A DNA stretch of 64,000 bases from Zygnema circumcarinatum SAG 698-1b (Eukaryota; Plantae; Zygnematophyceae). Under the pieces are notes generated by a model. It saw nothing but the letters and a program-made list of their open reading frames with translations. It did not search any database and was not told the DNA's origin. This document shows, one piece after another, positions 50,031 through 60,000 of this stretch (position 1 is the first letter of the stretch; the number at the start of each line of letters is the position of its first letter). A program made the translations under genes and the position numbers. The stretch spans positions 2,141,361 through 2,205,360 of the forward strand of contig CM074805.1 in NCBI GenBank assembly GCA_037447605.1, written 5' to 3'.

Positions 50031-52755
50031 ACATTGACAATGATTCGCACGTTGGGTGTTGGGATCAGAGGGAGGACAGGAATCTGGCGAGGAGGATGGC
50101 GGGGGGAGCGAACTGGATCTGGAAGAGGCGCCGTGGCCATGTGGTGTATATCTGCCGGCGAGGGGATGTCCGGAGGAGGTGCCATGGGAACCGTGGGAGG
50201 CCGCAGGGTGGCCTCTGCACTGTCGGCCAGCTTACGAACTACGGCTGCAGCACCTGGTACCAGCTGCATCAACTGTGACAAGGTAATGCCGATCTTAGCC
50301 TTGTCTCCCATGAGCTGATGAACCATGCGTTCAATCAGGGATAGGCCATCTGTCGGGGGGGGTGGTCGACGATCGGCTGCTTGGGGGTAGAAACGGGCTG
50401 CCCGAGGGCGATGGGGAGGGTTGACGTGCATTTCTTCTGTCGCTGGTGCTGTCGGCTCTGGCTGTGCCGCTGTCGGCTCCTCCTCATTGAGATCGTCTGT
50501 TTCCTCCTCAGGCATGGATCCCAAGGGATGACCCGTGGAAGGAGGGAGGACTGAAGTTCTCCGGACAGGGGTGGCGACCGGTGGAGCCGTGCCAGAGGAG
50601 CTGGCGCCATTGACATTGGCAGGGAGGAATGGCAGGGGATGAGCATGAGGATCGCTTTGGTTGACAGGGAGCCTGCGCAAGGCAGTTGCAATCTCGGCGA
50701 TCCGGGCTTGAGCACCTTCTTCAGAATTGATGGGTGATTCAGACCAAGCCGGCTGTAATGCCGCGGCAATCTGTGCAGTGCGGGCGCGGGCAGCCAGATC
50801 GGGCTCGGCCTCCAATGCGTTTGTCAAGGAAGGGGACTCCATGGGGTGCAGATGTATCGGCGGACGCTGCAGGATGGTATAAGCGGGTGAAGGAGGTGGA
50901 GGCGAGCGAAAGGGAGCCGGAGTTCTCGGTGGTGTGTGAGTAGCCGGGAGCATGTCCATGAAGGTGATCTCTGCAGGTGAGCTCCCTGCAGCTGCCTCTT
51001 TCCCCTTTNNNNNNNNNNAGGGGCTGCCCGGACGTCCTGAGCAGGGATGCCGGAGAAAGACGGCTTGTTCCTAGAAGATGTAGCGTAGGGATCATACAAC
51101 TGCTGATTCTGTGTCTTCAGGAACTGCTGGTATAGTCGATCTTGTCGTGGATCGGTAGCATTCATGTAGTGTGGTCGTACATTTCGGTTGCCTCTCTCTT
51201 GATCCTTCTGAATTCGCTCTGCTCTTTCTAACAAAGCCTGGGTATCTGCTGGTGGGTTGTCGCGCAGTTCACGATCCAGGTGAAGATCTTTCTCGTTGAT
51301 AGCCTTGCGGAACCACTGGAGAACCTCGGGAAAGTCAGGCAAGTTCTCGATCGTATTTGCCATGCGTACAAAACGCTCAGTGAATTCAAACAGCCGCTCA
51401 TCACTGTAGCATTCTATGTAGCGAAGTCGGTCTAGCACAGTGATTGGATCTGAAATCCAGCGTTGTCTGAAAGCTTGCTTGAATGTGTCCCTTGTCAGGG
51501 TGCCGACGACATCCGCTTTGTGCTAGTTTCGGGACAACTTCCAATTGACTGCCTCTCCTTCCAGCGCTCCAAGGGCCAGCTTGATCCACTGGTCCTCCTT
51601 CAGGTCTGCTTGCGCTGCCTTCTCCTCAAGGTGTCTCAGCCAGGCTTCTGCATCTTCCTGCTTGCCGGTGAATCCTCTGGTGATGATGCCCGTGGTATCT
51701 CTCACCTCACTCTTTTCAGGAATCATGGCTATCAGTTTTGTCATCATCTCTTCCATCTTGCTGGGAAACTCAGATCTGATACGTGTGCTTCTCTGCAGGT
51801 TGGTGCGAAAGCTGGAGGGTCCTTGCGATCGTCCTGCCCTTGCCCCTGAAGCCGCTCGCCTGGGACTGCCGGATGGGTAAGTTGTGAACGCCGGAGGTGA
51901 GGGTGTCTTCTGAGGAATCCCTTGCTCTGCTGTAGGACTGCGTGCCGCTGCTGTGCTGGATGGGACTCCTGGTGCAGTAGTTATCCGACTGAGATCCCGT
52001 GGGTTTTGTCCCTGGTGGGCCGCAGGGGGGACCTCAGGTTCAAACGGAACTCCTCTCTTCACGGCATCTGCGACCGTGACAGCAACTGGACAGGCTGCAA
52101 GCTTGATCATTCTTGGCGCGTATATCACGTCGGCGCTTGCAGTCCATCACCGCCTAGATGGAGTCGGCCGCAGCCTTCCTCAACTCCACTGATCTGCTCC
52201 GCGTGTAAGCCAAACCGGGATAAGGGTTCTCTCGCGGATGCCCATCTTCAGTCTTTCTCTGACTGCTTCTTCCTCTGAGTCTGAATCCGTCCTTGGATTT
52301 CCTATCGTCTGCTCTTCTTGATGTCCCAAGTCTTCATCTGAAAATTCATGAAGATCTGCTTGTCCCTCTTGTTGCAGCTCTTCATCCATGGCGGCTGTGA
52401 CACGGGTCACGGGATCGGCAGCCTCACGTATCAAGGTACGTGGATCTGCAAAACCTTCGGCTCTGATACCAAGATAAGTGGGGTTAAAAGGAGATTGCTG
52501 AGCTAGTTGCAGGTGTTGTACGGCCACTCGCGCGTCCGTGCTGAAACTGATGAAGGGTTGGGTTGGTGTTGTGGATCTGCCTGCAGCATAGAGCCAGGAT
52601 CCGGGGGATTCAGAGGTACGCGCAGCGGAAGACGTAGGGATCCTGAAGATGTTCCCACCGGCAGCTGGACTCGATGCGCAAAGAGCCCTTCCTTGGGGGC
52701 TCTCTTCCCCTGTCCTCCCTTCGGCTATTCTCTTTGCTAGACTTCTAGTTATCAT
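50027..52755 (-). pseudogene. gag region, with frameshift, an in-frame TAG at 51523-51525 and a gap
   Basis: MITRS start, FTGKQEDAEAWLRHLEE..WIKLALGALEGEAVNW (retrotrans_gag-like), continuing in frame past the TAG to FKQAFRQRW..EFTERFVRMA. No CCHC knuckle seen. Confidence 0.8.
52459..52471 (-). other. Primer-binding site complementary to initiator tRNA-Met
   Basis: TGGTATCAGAGCC on the minus strand immediately after the 5' repeat. Confidence 0.9.
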
Positions 52756-53150
52756 CGGTCATTGGGAGGAGTGTAAGGCAGGATAGCACAAGATGGTAGC
52801 TTGGCATAGTGACAGCAAGGGGAAAACAGGACTCAACTTAGATAAAGGTGGTATTTTGGAAACTCACCCCAGCCAGCGGTTGGCTGGGGATTGTCATTAC
52901 AATGAAAGCGTCTTCTCACTGAAATCTTTGTCTGGCTGGGCTGAATGGGATGTCTAAATGCTATCAGCANNNNNNNNNNTGCGCCTAGCTGGATGGTGTG
53001 CTGTTCCGTGGGCCGCCAACACATGGCGCCGCCTTCTCGCATTTTCCGTCGGCAACTCCTGGATTATGTCGGTCCGTGACACTGAATATGAATATGTCAA
53101 GTACAACTGAACGGACGCGGATCCGTCGAGCGCAGCTCCGTTACGCTACA
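52472..53150 (-). repeat. 5' LTR, internally collapsed by the gap at 52970-52979
   Basis: Matches 44513-45010; outer end GCTACA at the TSD. Confidence 0.85.
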
Positions 53151-54088
53151 CTTACGCAAAACTCACCTAATCCCCCCGCACGGGCCGCCGTAAGAGGCGC
53201 TCACTCTTCCCTTGTTATTGGCTTCGATACGGTACGACACGATACGAAACGCCCCGATAGGGTACTATCCGTACTAGCCGTACTAGCTGTACAGTAGTAG
53301 CCGTTAAGCGCTCGAATTTAAACGATACGGTACGATGCGTTACGATATGCCAGAAAACGATACGATACGATACGTACGGACATACATGAACTCTAACATA
53401 ATTCCGCTCGCCTATTGGTAACACGGACCTTATATTTGCCAAAAACAATATTTTCGCCCGATTTTTGCCAGATGTAGTTGGAAAATATGATGGGGTCCTG
53501 CTGTACTCCGCAGTCCGTACACATCCACTTCAGAATACGGAAGAAAAAGGTGGTTGTTTGAACTCACGATGGCAAGTCCTGAAGGCCATCAAATGATCTT
53601 GGATAAAATCAACATAGGGAACCAGAGGAAGCGGTCACAAAGGACCTAAGGACAAAGAGAAAAGCCTCGAAACGGAAATCTACGGAAGACGGAAGAAGCA
53701 TCTTCCGCAATCTCACACGCCCCAACGTGACGTGACCGTCATCGGCCCGCGGCTACGGACCCGCGTGAGGCAAGGGCCAACAGTTTTTGTGAGATGACGT
53801 CATTTTTGTTTGAGATGACGTCGTTTTTGATTGAGATGACGTCATGCCACTCCAGTCGGAGCCCGGAGGCCGAGAAACTGTGGCGGGCGCCACGTGGCGG
53901 CACGAGAGGCGACGGCGGCCTCGCGCTACCGCCTCGCCGCGGGCCAGTGCGCGATTCGCCCTCCCTCCCTCCCTCCCTCCGCGAGGGCGAGCGCAAGGAG
54001 CTGCGGCCGAGGCAGGGCGAGGGACGCGGGAGAGGGAGGGAGGTAGGGAGGTAGGGAGGTAGGGAGGGAGGGAGGGAGAGGCTGCAGC

Positions 54089-55492
54089 ATGTCGAGCCGG
54101 AGCTGGTCGAAGGTGCACGGCGAGGCGGTGCGGCATCCCGGCAGAGTGATCGCAGTGCTCATATGCATCGTAGTGGTGCTGTATGTGCGCAACGCGGTGG
54201 TCGGATGCAGCATGCTGCGGGCAAAGAGCAGCAGTCCGCCTGCGCAGCAGCAGGAGCAGGAGCAGAAGCAGGGAATGGTGGTTGCAGATCTTGACACGTG
54301 GCTTTTGGAGAACGGGCTGGCAGGGCGGGGGGTTGTGAAGGAGAAGAGGCTCAAGGTGGCTGTAGTGAACAGCGTTTCTTGGCACAACGAAGTTGTATTT
54401 TGGCTGGTGTACACTCTTCGCCTCGTCCCGAACTTGGATCTGACGCTGTACACTTTCTGGAAGAAGTACGGATCTGAAGAGTTTTTGAAGAAGATCGATC
54501 GACCCCAGAAGTTCCAGATGCTTCGCACGTCCCGGTTTCAAGCTAGTGACTCTGCTGGAAAGAATCCTGACGCTGTGTTTTTGACCACTTGCGGTAAAGA
54601 CATGATCAATGTTGGCGCGACTGTGACAAGAATGCTTGAGCTGAACCCTAGTCTAAGAGTGATCTGCGTCGTTCATCATCCCGAGCTTATCTTGAATAAC
54701 ACTGAAGCGCTTCTGCCTTTCGCCAAGGCTAAGGCGCTGACTTTCCTCAGTTTGGCGCCTCACGTAGCATCATTTGTGCAATCAGATATCATTCCTGAAT
54801 TGGTTCACCACTCTCTGCTTTTCGCTCCGGTTCCAAGCGTGTATGCTCCTGCTACCTTTCTCTATGAGCCTAAGTCTCCCTGCCCTCGAGACATGTCGGA
54901 GATACATCCTGCCACTTTTCCGGAAAATACAAATTGCTTTAGTGACTTTGTCATTCAAGGAATGGTGGAATTTCAGCGCCGTAATTACACGCGAGTGTTT
55001 GAAGGACTGAATGGGAAACTGAAGAAGCGTCCAGCAGACTGGCGCACTTTCCATCTCAACCTGATGGGGGCCAGTGAGACAGGCATTACGTTCCCGAAAC
55101 CGGTCGATAAGAAGTTGCGATTTTTCAACGGGCTTGAATACGAGGGCTTTTATGAGAGAATGCATCACAATGCCGCTTTGCTACCGGCCTTTGCTTCGGG
55201 TGTTTATTACCTCAATGTCTCGTCGTCCTCAGTAGCCGCTGCACTTATTGCGGGCGTTCCCGTTGTAGGAGATGAGAAATTTCTTCAGGCTTACAGTTTC
55301 TTTGAGGAGGATGCTATCTATATGCAGAAAGTGGGCGAGACTGAAGCGGACACCATGGAGCGGATTAGAGGGTTAAGTATGGCTGAAGTAGTAGAAAAAA
55401 GGAGAAAACTCGCTGCATTGAACATTAGGTTGATTGCCAAAAATGTCCTTCATTTTAGGTCTCTTATCAGGGAAGGCTGGAGCAGTGCATGA
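54089..55492 (+). CDS. Intronless 467-aa type II membrane protein, probable GT-B-fold glycosyltransferase of uncharacterised family
   Basis: Single long ORF. N-terminal TM (VIAVLICIVVVLYV) and Q/E stem, then alternating beta/alpha motifs KVAVVNSVSWHNEVV, ICVVHHP, FVIQG..QRRNY, LLPAF..YY..SSSSVAAALIAGVPVVG. The fold is inferred. Confidence 0.8.
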   Translation: MSSRSWSKVHGEAVRHPGRVIAVLICIVVVLYVRNAVVGCSMLRAKSSSPPAQQQEQEQKQGMVVADLDTWLLENGLAGRGVVKEKRLKVAVVNSVSWHNEVVFWLVYTLRLVPNLDLTLYTFWKKYGSEEFLKKIDRPQKFQMLRTSRFQASDSAGKNPDAVFLTTCGKDMINVGATVTRMLELNPSLRVICVVHHPELILNNTEALLPFAKAKALTFLSLAPHVASFVQSDIIPELVHHSLLFAPVPSVYAPATFLYEPKSPCPRDMSEIHPATFPENTNCFSDFVIQGMVEFQRRNYTRVFEGLNGKLKKRPADWRTFHLNLMGASETGITFPKPVDKKLRFFNGLEYEGFYERMHHNAALLPAFASGVYYLNVSSSSVAAALIAGVPVVGDEKFLQAYSFFEEDAIYMQKVGETEADTMERIRGLSMAEVVEKRRKLAALNIRLIAKNVLHFRSLIREGWSSA

Positions 55493-56532
55493 GCTTGGCT
55501 ACTTGCTATTCCAGGCAGTCAAACCTGCCACCTCAGTCGTCTGCATTGTTCGCATTCTTTCATTATTCCATAAGCACCTTGTTACCTTGCTTCGCTGAAC
55601 ACGATCTTCTCTGCCAACAGCGTCATAGTCAGCCATGTGCATCCTCAACTCGCTGTTTCCGTTTCTTTTTCCACATCCCAGAGGATGCCAACACCATCAT
55701 CATCATCCTTCGAGCCGAACTGTGCATTCAATGGGCCAAAGCTTGTGGAGAGGACTAGTGCTCCTTCTCCCTACAACTTTGAGGCGTATAATTACTTATA
55801 AGTAAAAGTTTTCTTAGAAAATTAGGAAGTTATAAATACTTTTAGTAACAATTAGGTTTTTAGAATTTGTAGTTTATGTTAGTACTGGAGTTAAGAAATA
55901 CTTACAGTTTATAGTTTAGTTTGAATAAATGCTGGAGGCAACAGCTGTCATCGAGATGTACAGAGTTCTTATAGATACTTTTTTCTGCCCCTGCTTGAAC
56001 CTCCCTGACACCAGCATCAAGTACACATGCTCTCAAATAGGCATAGGAGACATTTGCCTTTTCACGCTGACAGTGGATAATTGTACACATATTTTGTGAC
56101 ACAATTTATATATTTTTTTTGTTGCTCACGAAGGAGAATTAACATAATATCTCATGTTTATTCGACTGGAAGAAAATGTGAACATCGATTTGCACAACCC
56201 TTTGCCGTGTTCATGCGAAGATGTTCTCGTAACCGCCCGCAGAGCTAAAACCCTAACACAGACTGAGAGAACAAGGAAAGCTAGCTACAAAACCTGCCCG
56301 CAAAAGACAACTGAAATGTAATATGAGTGCTCCAACACACTCTTATCAACCAGACAAAACTCCAAAACAGACAGCGCCAGAGACCGGCACAAAGAATAAA
56401 GAGGAACTTAACCTCTCCCCATATCTCTAACTGCGCCTCTCTGAATCATATTCAAGTGGGTTTCATGGTAAAACAGGGTCGCCGGTAACTGAAAGCATAA
56501 CCGGTCACTACTGCGTCTTCAAACTCCCACGG

Positions 56533-56578
56533 AAACGATGCTGAAGCCTACTCGAAAACGATGCTGAAGCCTACTCGA
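56533..56578. repeat. Perfect 23-bp tandem duplication
   Basis: AAACGATGCTGAAGCCTACTCGA x2. Confidence 0.9.
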
Positions 56579-57052
56579 ATTCGCCTCCAGACCGTCCGGA
56601 GGCACTACTAGGGCCTGAAAGGCGTCTTTGCCAAAGCAAGTTACGACCCTTGGCAGAAACTCCCATAGTTTTCGTCCTCATCACCACAGATTGGTCACCC
56701 TTGTGGAAAATTGTAGTATGGTTGCAAGAAACTGAAAGAATTGTATACATCAGGTATTCAAATTACGCCACTTGCCGAACGGTAGACAAGATTTCCTCTG
56801 TAGATACGATCCCATCGATTGTACCTTGGCGGAAAGTTACGATGAGAGCGGAAGCAAAAATGGTCACAATTGCCTCATGTTAGCAGGCAATCATTAGTCT
56901 CGCTCAATTCGGGACTCTTTATTCCGGAGCCTGCTGGCTCTCCCTGACTTCCCTTGCATCTGGTCTTCAAATTTTACTGGTGACGCTAAGGGCCAGAATG
57001 AGGTGTAGATGGCCCCATCACCCTTCTGCAGCAGCAGAAAGCCCTTCTGCAC

Positions 57053-60000
57053 TCACTTCTTTCTCCCACTTGTCGGCTTTGCAGCAGCCTTGATGGCCCT
57101 CTCATACGCAGGGTTTCCAGGAGCTGCGACGTGGTGGTTGGCAACACTCCACTGCTCATTACAGAGCGTGTCCAAAAACTCCTTATTGTGAGAAATAATG
57201 ACAACTGCGCCACCATAGTCCTTGATGGCACCCGCAAGCGCTCCTAGGGAGTCACGATCAAGGAAGTTGGTCGGCTCATCTAGCACCACCATGTGAGGGT
57301 TGCTCCACATGGCTGCAGCTAGAACCACCTTCACCTTCTGCCCTCCTGCACAGCACAAAAAACACATCCCACATGCATGCCTTCAGTTACCCAGAGTCGC
57401 ATGCAGTCATAGTTAACACAAAAAAAAAAGCCCACTATAGACACCCATGTTAAGGAAATCTGAGAAGACGAGGGACCGACGAAGGGGCTGGAAATGAAAT
57501 AAAAACTATAATTGCAATCTTCAAGTTGATCCAAACAGGGCCCTCTTATCAGACAGCATGTTATCAGCAACTGCGCATACACAGTTCTCACTCCAGTCAC
57601 CACTACCTTTCATGTGCCCCCACATTAACCAGCAAGCAAAATGGGTGATGAGAAACAAACTAGTGTATTGCCCGTACCTGACAAGTTCTTGATCTGCCCG
57701 TAAGTTCCGAACTCAGCATCAAGCCCAAAATCGTCAAAGTGTTGCTGGACACCCGCAATCGTGCAGGGTCGCGAATAGAGCCCTAATCGAGCCACCTCCT
57801 TGGAATCAATCTCATGCACGAGCTTAACGAAGCCCATGTCCTCTAAGAGCTCCCGCGACAACCAAGTGTTGAAGACGTCTTTCATCCCCACCCACTGCAG
57901 CCCCGACAGCTCCAAACAGTTCAGACACAGCAACACATACAGACCATTTCATTTTCCACTTTCACTGCATACAGTATCATAACAGTCATCACATCGACAT
58001 CCCCCATCAGAGTTCTTGAAAAGAAAGCAATTCGAACTCACTATCAACAGAAAACTCTGAAAGTCAAACAGTACATCTAACAAGAAAGCATAGCATAGTA
58101 AACTTGCACAAGGCACATCCTTAAAAGAAATCAGCTCCATGCACAACAGAAGTATTTGATATTAATGGACAAAAAACGTTAGAACCAGCCTGCCGGTCTG
58201 TCAACAGCCCTCTAGCTAGCATGCATGGAAGGAGTGTGCACACCTTCACTTCATATTCGTATGATTTCTTGGACTTGCGACGACCAAGTAATCGCTCCAC
58301 TTGCTTCCTCTGCCCGTTGTGCATAATAAGCTCCTCCATTTTCTTTTCCTCATCCTTAGAAATTTTTCTAGTTACCTGGTTGCAAGTCCAGAGAAGAAAG
58401 GTCAGTGCAAACCCCAACATTTTCTGGCTCCTTAGCTCCATCTTACAACTAAAAATGTGCAGATTGAAGCGTAAGTCAGGACCACTGCAATCTACCATCC
58501 ACACTCTGTTCATAGTACGATGATTCACTTGTTCAACCGACATTCAGAACCCCACACTCCACAGAAACCTCAAAAGAAGCTACTTCGCTAACGATCACTG
58601 TACTCCACTTTCCTCACCCAATTGCCACTGTTGAACCCAATTTGACAGGAAAAAACTTGCTCCAGATCCTCACAACTTTCTATTGTTGAAACCAGTGGAA
58701 GTCGCAAGCCAGCAGCATAACTCAACAACAATGACGAATCAGCACCATAAGCTCACTCAACATCCCCAGCATCTGCTTTGGCCACAGCTCCAAATGCCTT
58801 CTGCCAGCATTCTCTGGAAAAAAACCACAGTTTCCTGCTATAGGTCGCACCTTGTTCTGCTCTTCCCGGTCTTCCCCTCTATCAAAACGCCAGCGAATGT
58901 ACTCGTTGGGACTCTTTTCCAAATGCTGTTCCACGTGATGAAATGCATGCTGCGCAACATATGCAATACCCAAGTTGGGATGTTTCCAGACGCTTCCAGT
59001 GGTAGCCTTCAGCTCTCCTGTAATAAGCTTGATCAAAGTGGACTTTCCAGCTCCATTGGCTCCCAGCACAGCCACACGGCCGCCCAGGCCACACTGCACA
59101 TTCACATCTATAAGCTGCGGTTTATCACGCCCAGGATACGTCACAGATACATTCGTCAACTTTAAGATTGGGGTCTCCTTGCGCTTGATACCCTCCAAGA
59201 ATCCAGGCTCGGGAAACTTGTACTTGAAAGGAGAAGCATTAAGGTCGTAGTAAACTTTGCCAGCAGGGTTCACCTGGACATCACGTTGCAAAGCAAAGTT
59301 TTACGTGCAGCTCTTCTAGCAGGTGTCCATATTTCAGGAGATTGCAATGAGTATTCAACAGCATACCTAAGATAAATACCATGCGCTTGTAACATCCAAG
59401 ACAGGAGGTGTCTGCATGTTAAATATTGTGAAATGCCAAAGCATATTCATCACCGTCAACAAGTCAACACCTCAAACTATGCGACCAATCTTCGTTATGA
59501 ATGTACCTTCACAAATGCAGCGAGGTTGCCCTTGTAGTGCACCAGTTTGCGCTTCTCATAGTGGATGATATCGGTGCACACATTGTCAAGGAATCCCGAG
59601 TCGTGTGACACAATCATGCATGAGACTGTCTTCATAGAGGTAAGATAATGTTCAAGCCATGCAACATTTGTCACATCAAGATGATTTGTCGGCTCATCTG
59701 TTTCAGCCCATTTTCCAAAAGCCAAGTCAGAACAAGTAACACACGGACACTGCAACTGCAGGACCAGGACAAATGTGGGACGTGAACAACACAAAGCCTC
59801 CTCTTATGTTGACAACACGAGCACAAGAAACAGACCTCAAGGGAACATACACCTAATTACTACTGAAAAAGTATATCCCTCTAAAAACAGGACAAATGCA
59901 TAACTTTTTCTGGCCAGCTTCTGCAGGCAATAATCGTTTAACCTGGGAACCAAAACCACTGTCGAGCGAAACTGCAACAACTAGGATCACCCAAACGAGC

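Larger units (their letters stand above)
44504..53150 (-). mobile_element. Ty3/gypsy LTR retrotransposon, degenerate (gag-PR-RT-RH-IN order)
   Basis: Termini TGTAGC...GCTACA and 4-bp TSD CTTA (44500-44503, 53151-53154). Direct repeats 44511-45010 and 52470-52969 differ at 2 of 500 nt. tRNA-iMet PBS present. Domain order is gypsy-type. Confidence 0.93.
44282..53503. mobile_element. MITE family A copy 2, split by the LTR retrotransposon (44282-44503 and 53155-53503)
   Basis: TA|CAGTAGCACCCCATCATATTTTCCA...TGGAAAATATGATGGGGTCCTGCTG|TA. Both halves are the reverse complement of 14745-15822, and the empty site GGGCTTACGCAAAA is contiguous in that copy. Confidence 0.88.

Noticed and set aside
51523-51525. 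In-frame TAG in gag as programmed readthrough
   Set aside because: Context UAG-CAC-AAA is not a standard readthrough motif, it falls mid-gag rather than at the gag-pol junction, and the element has many other lesions.
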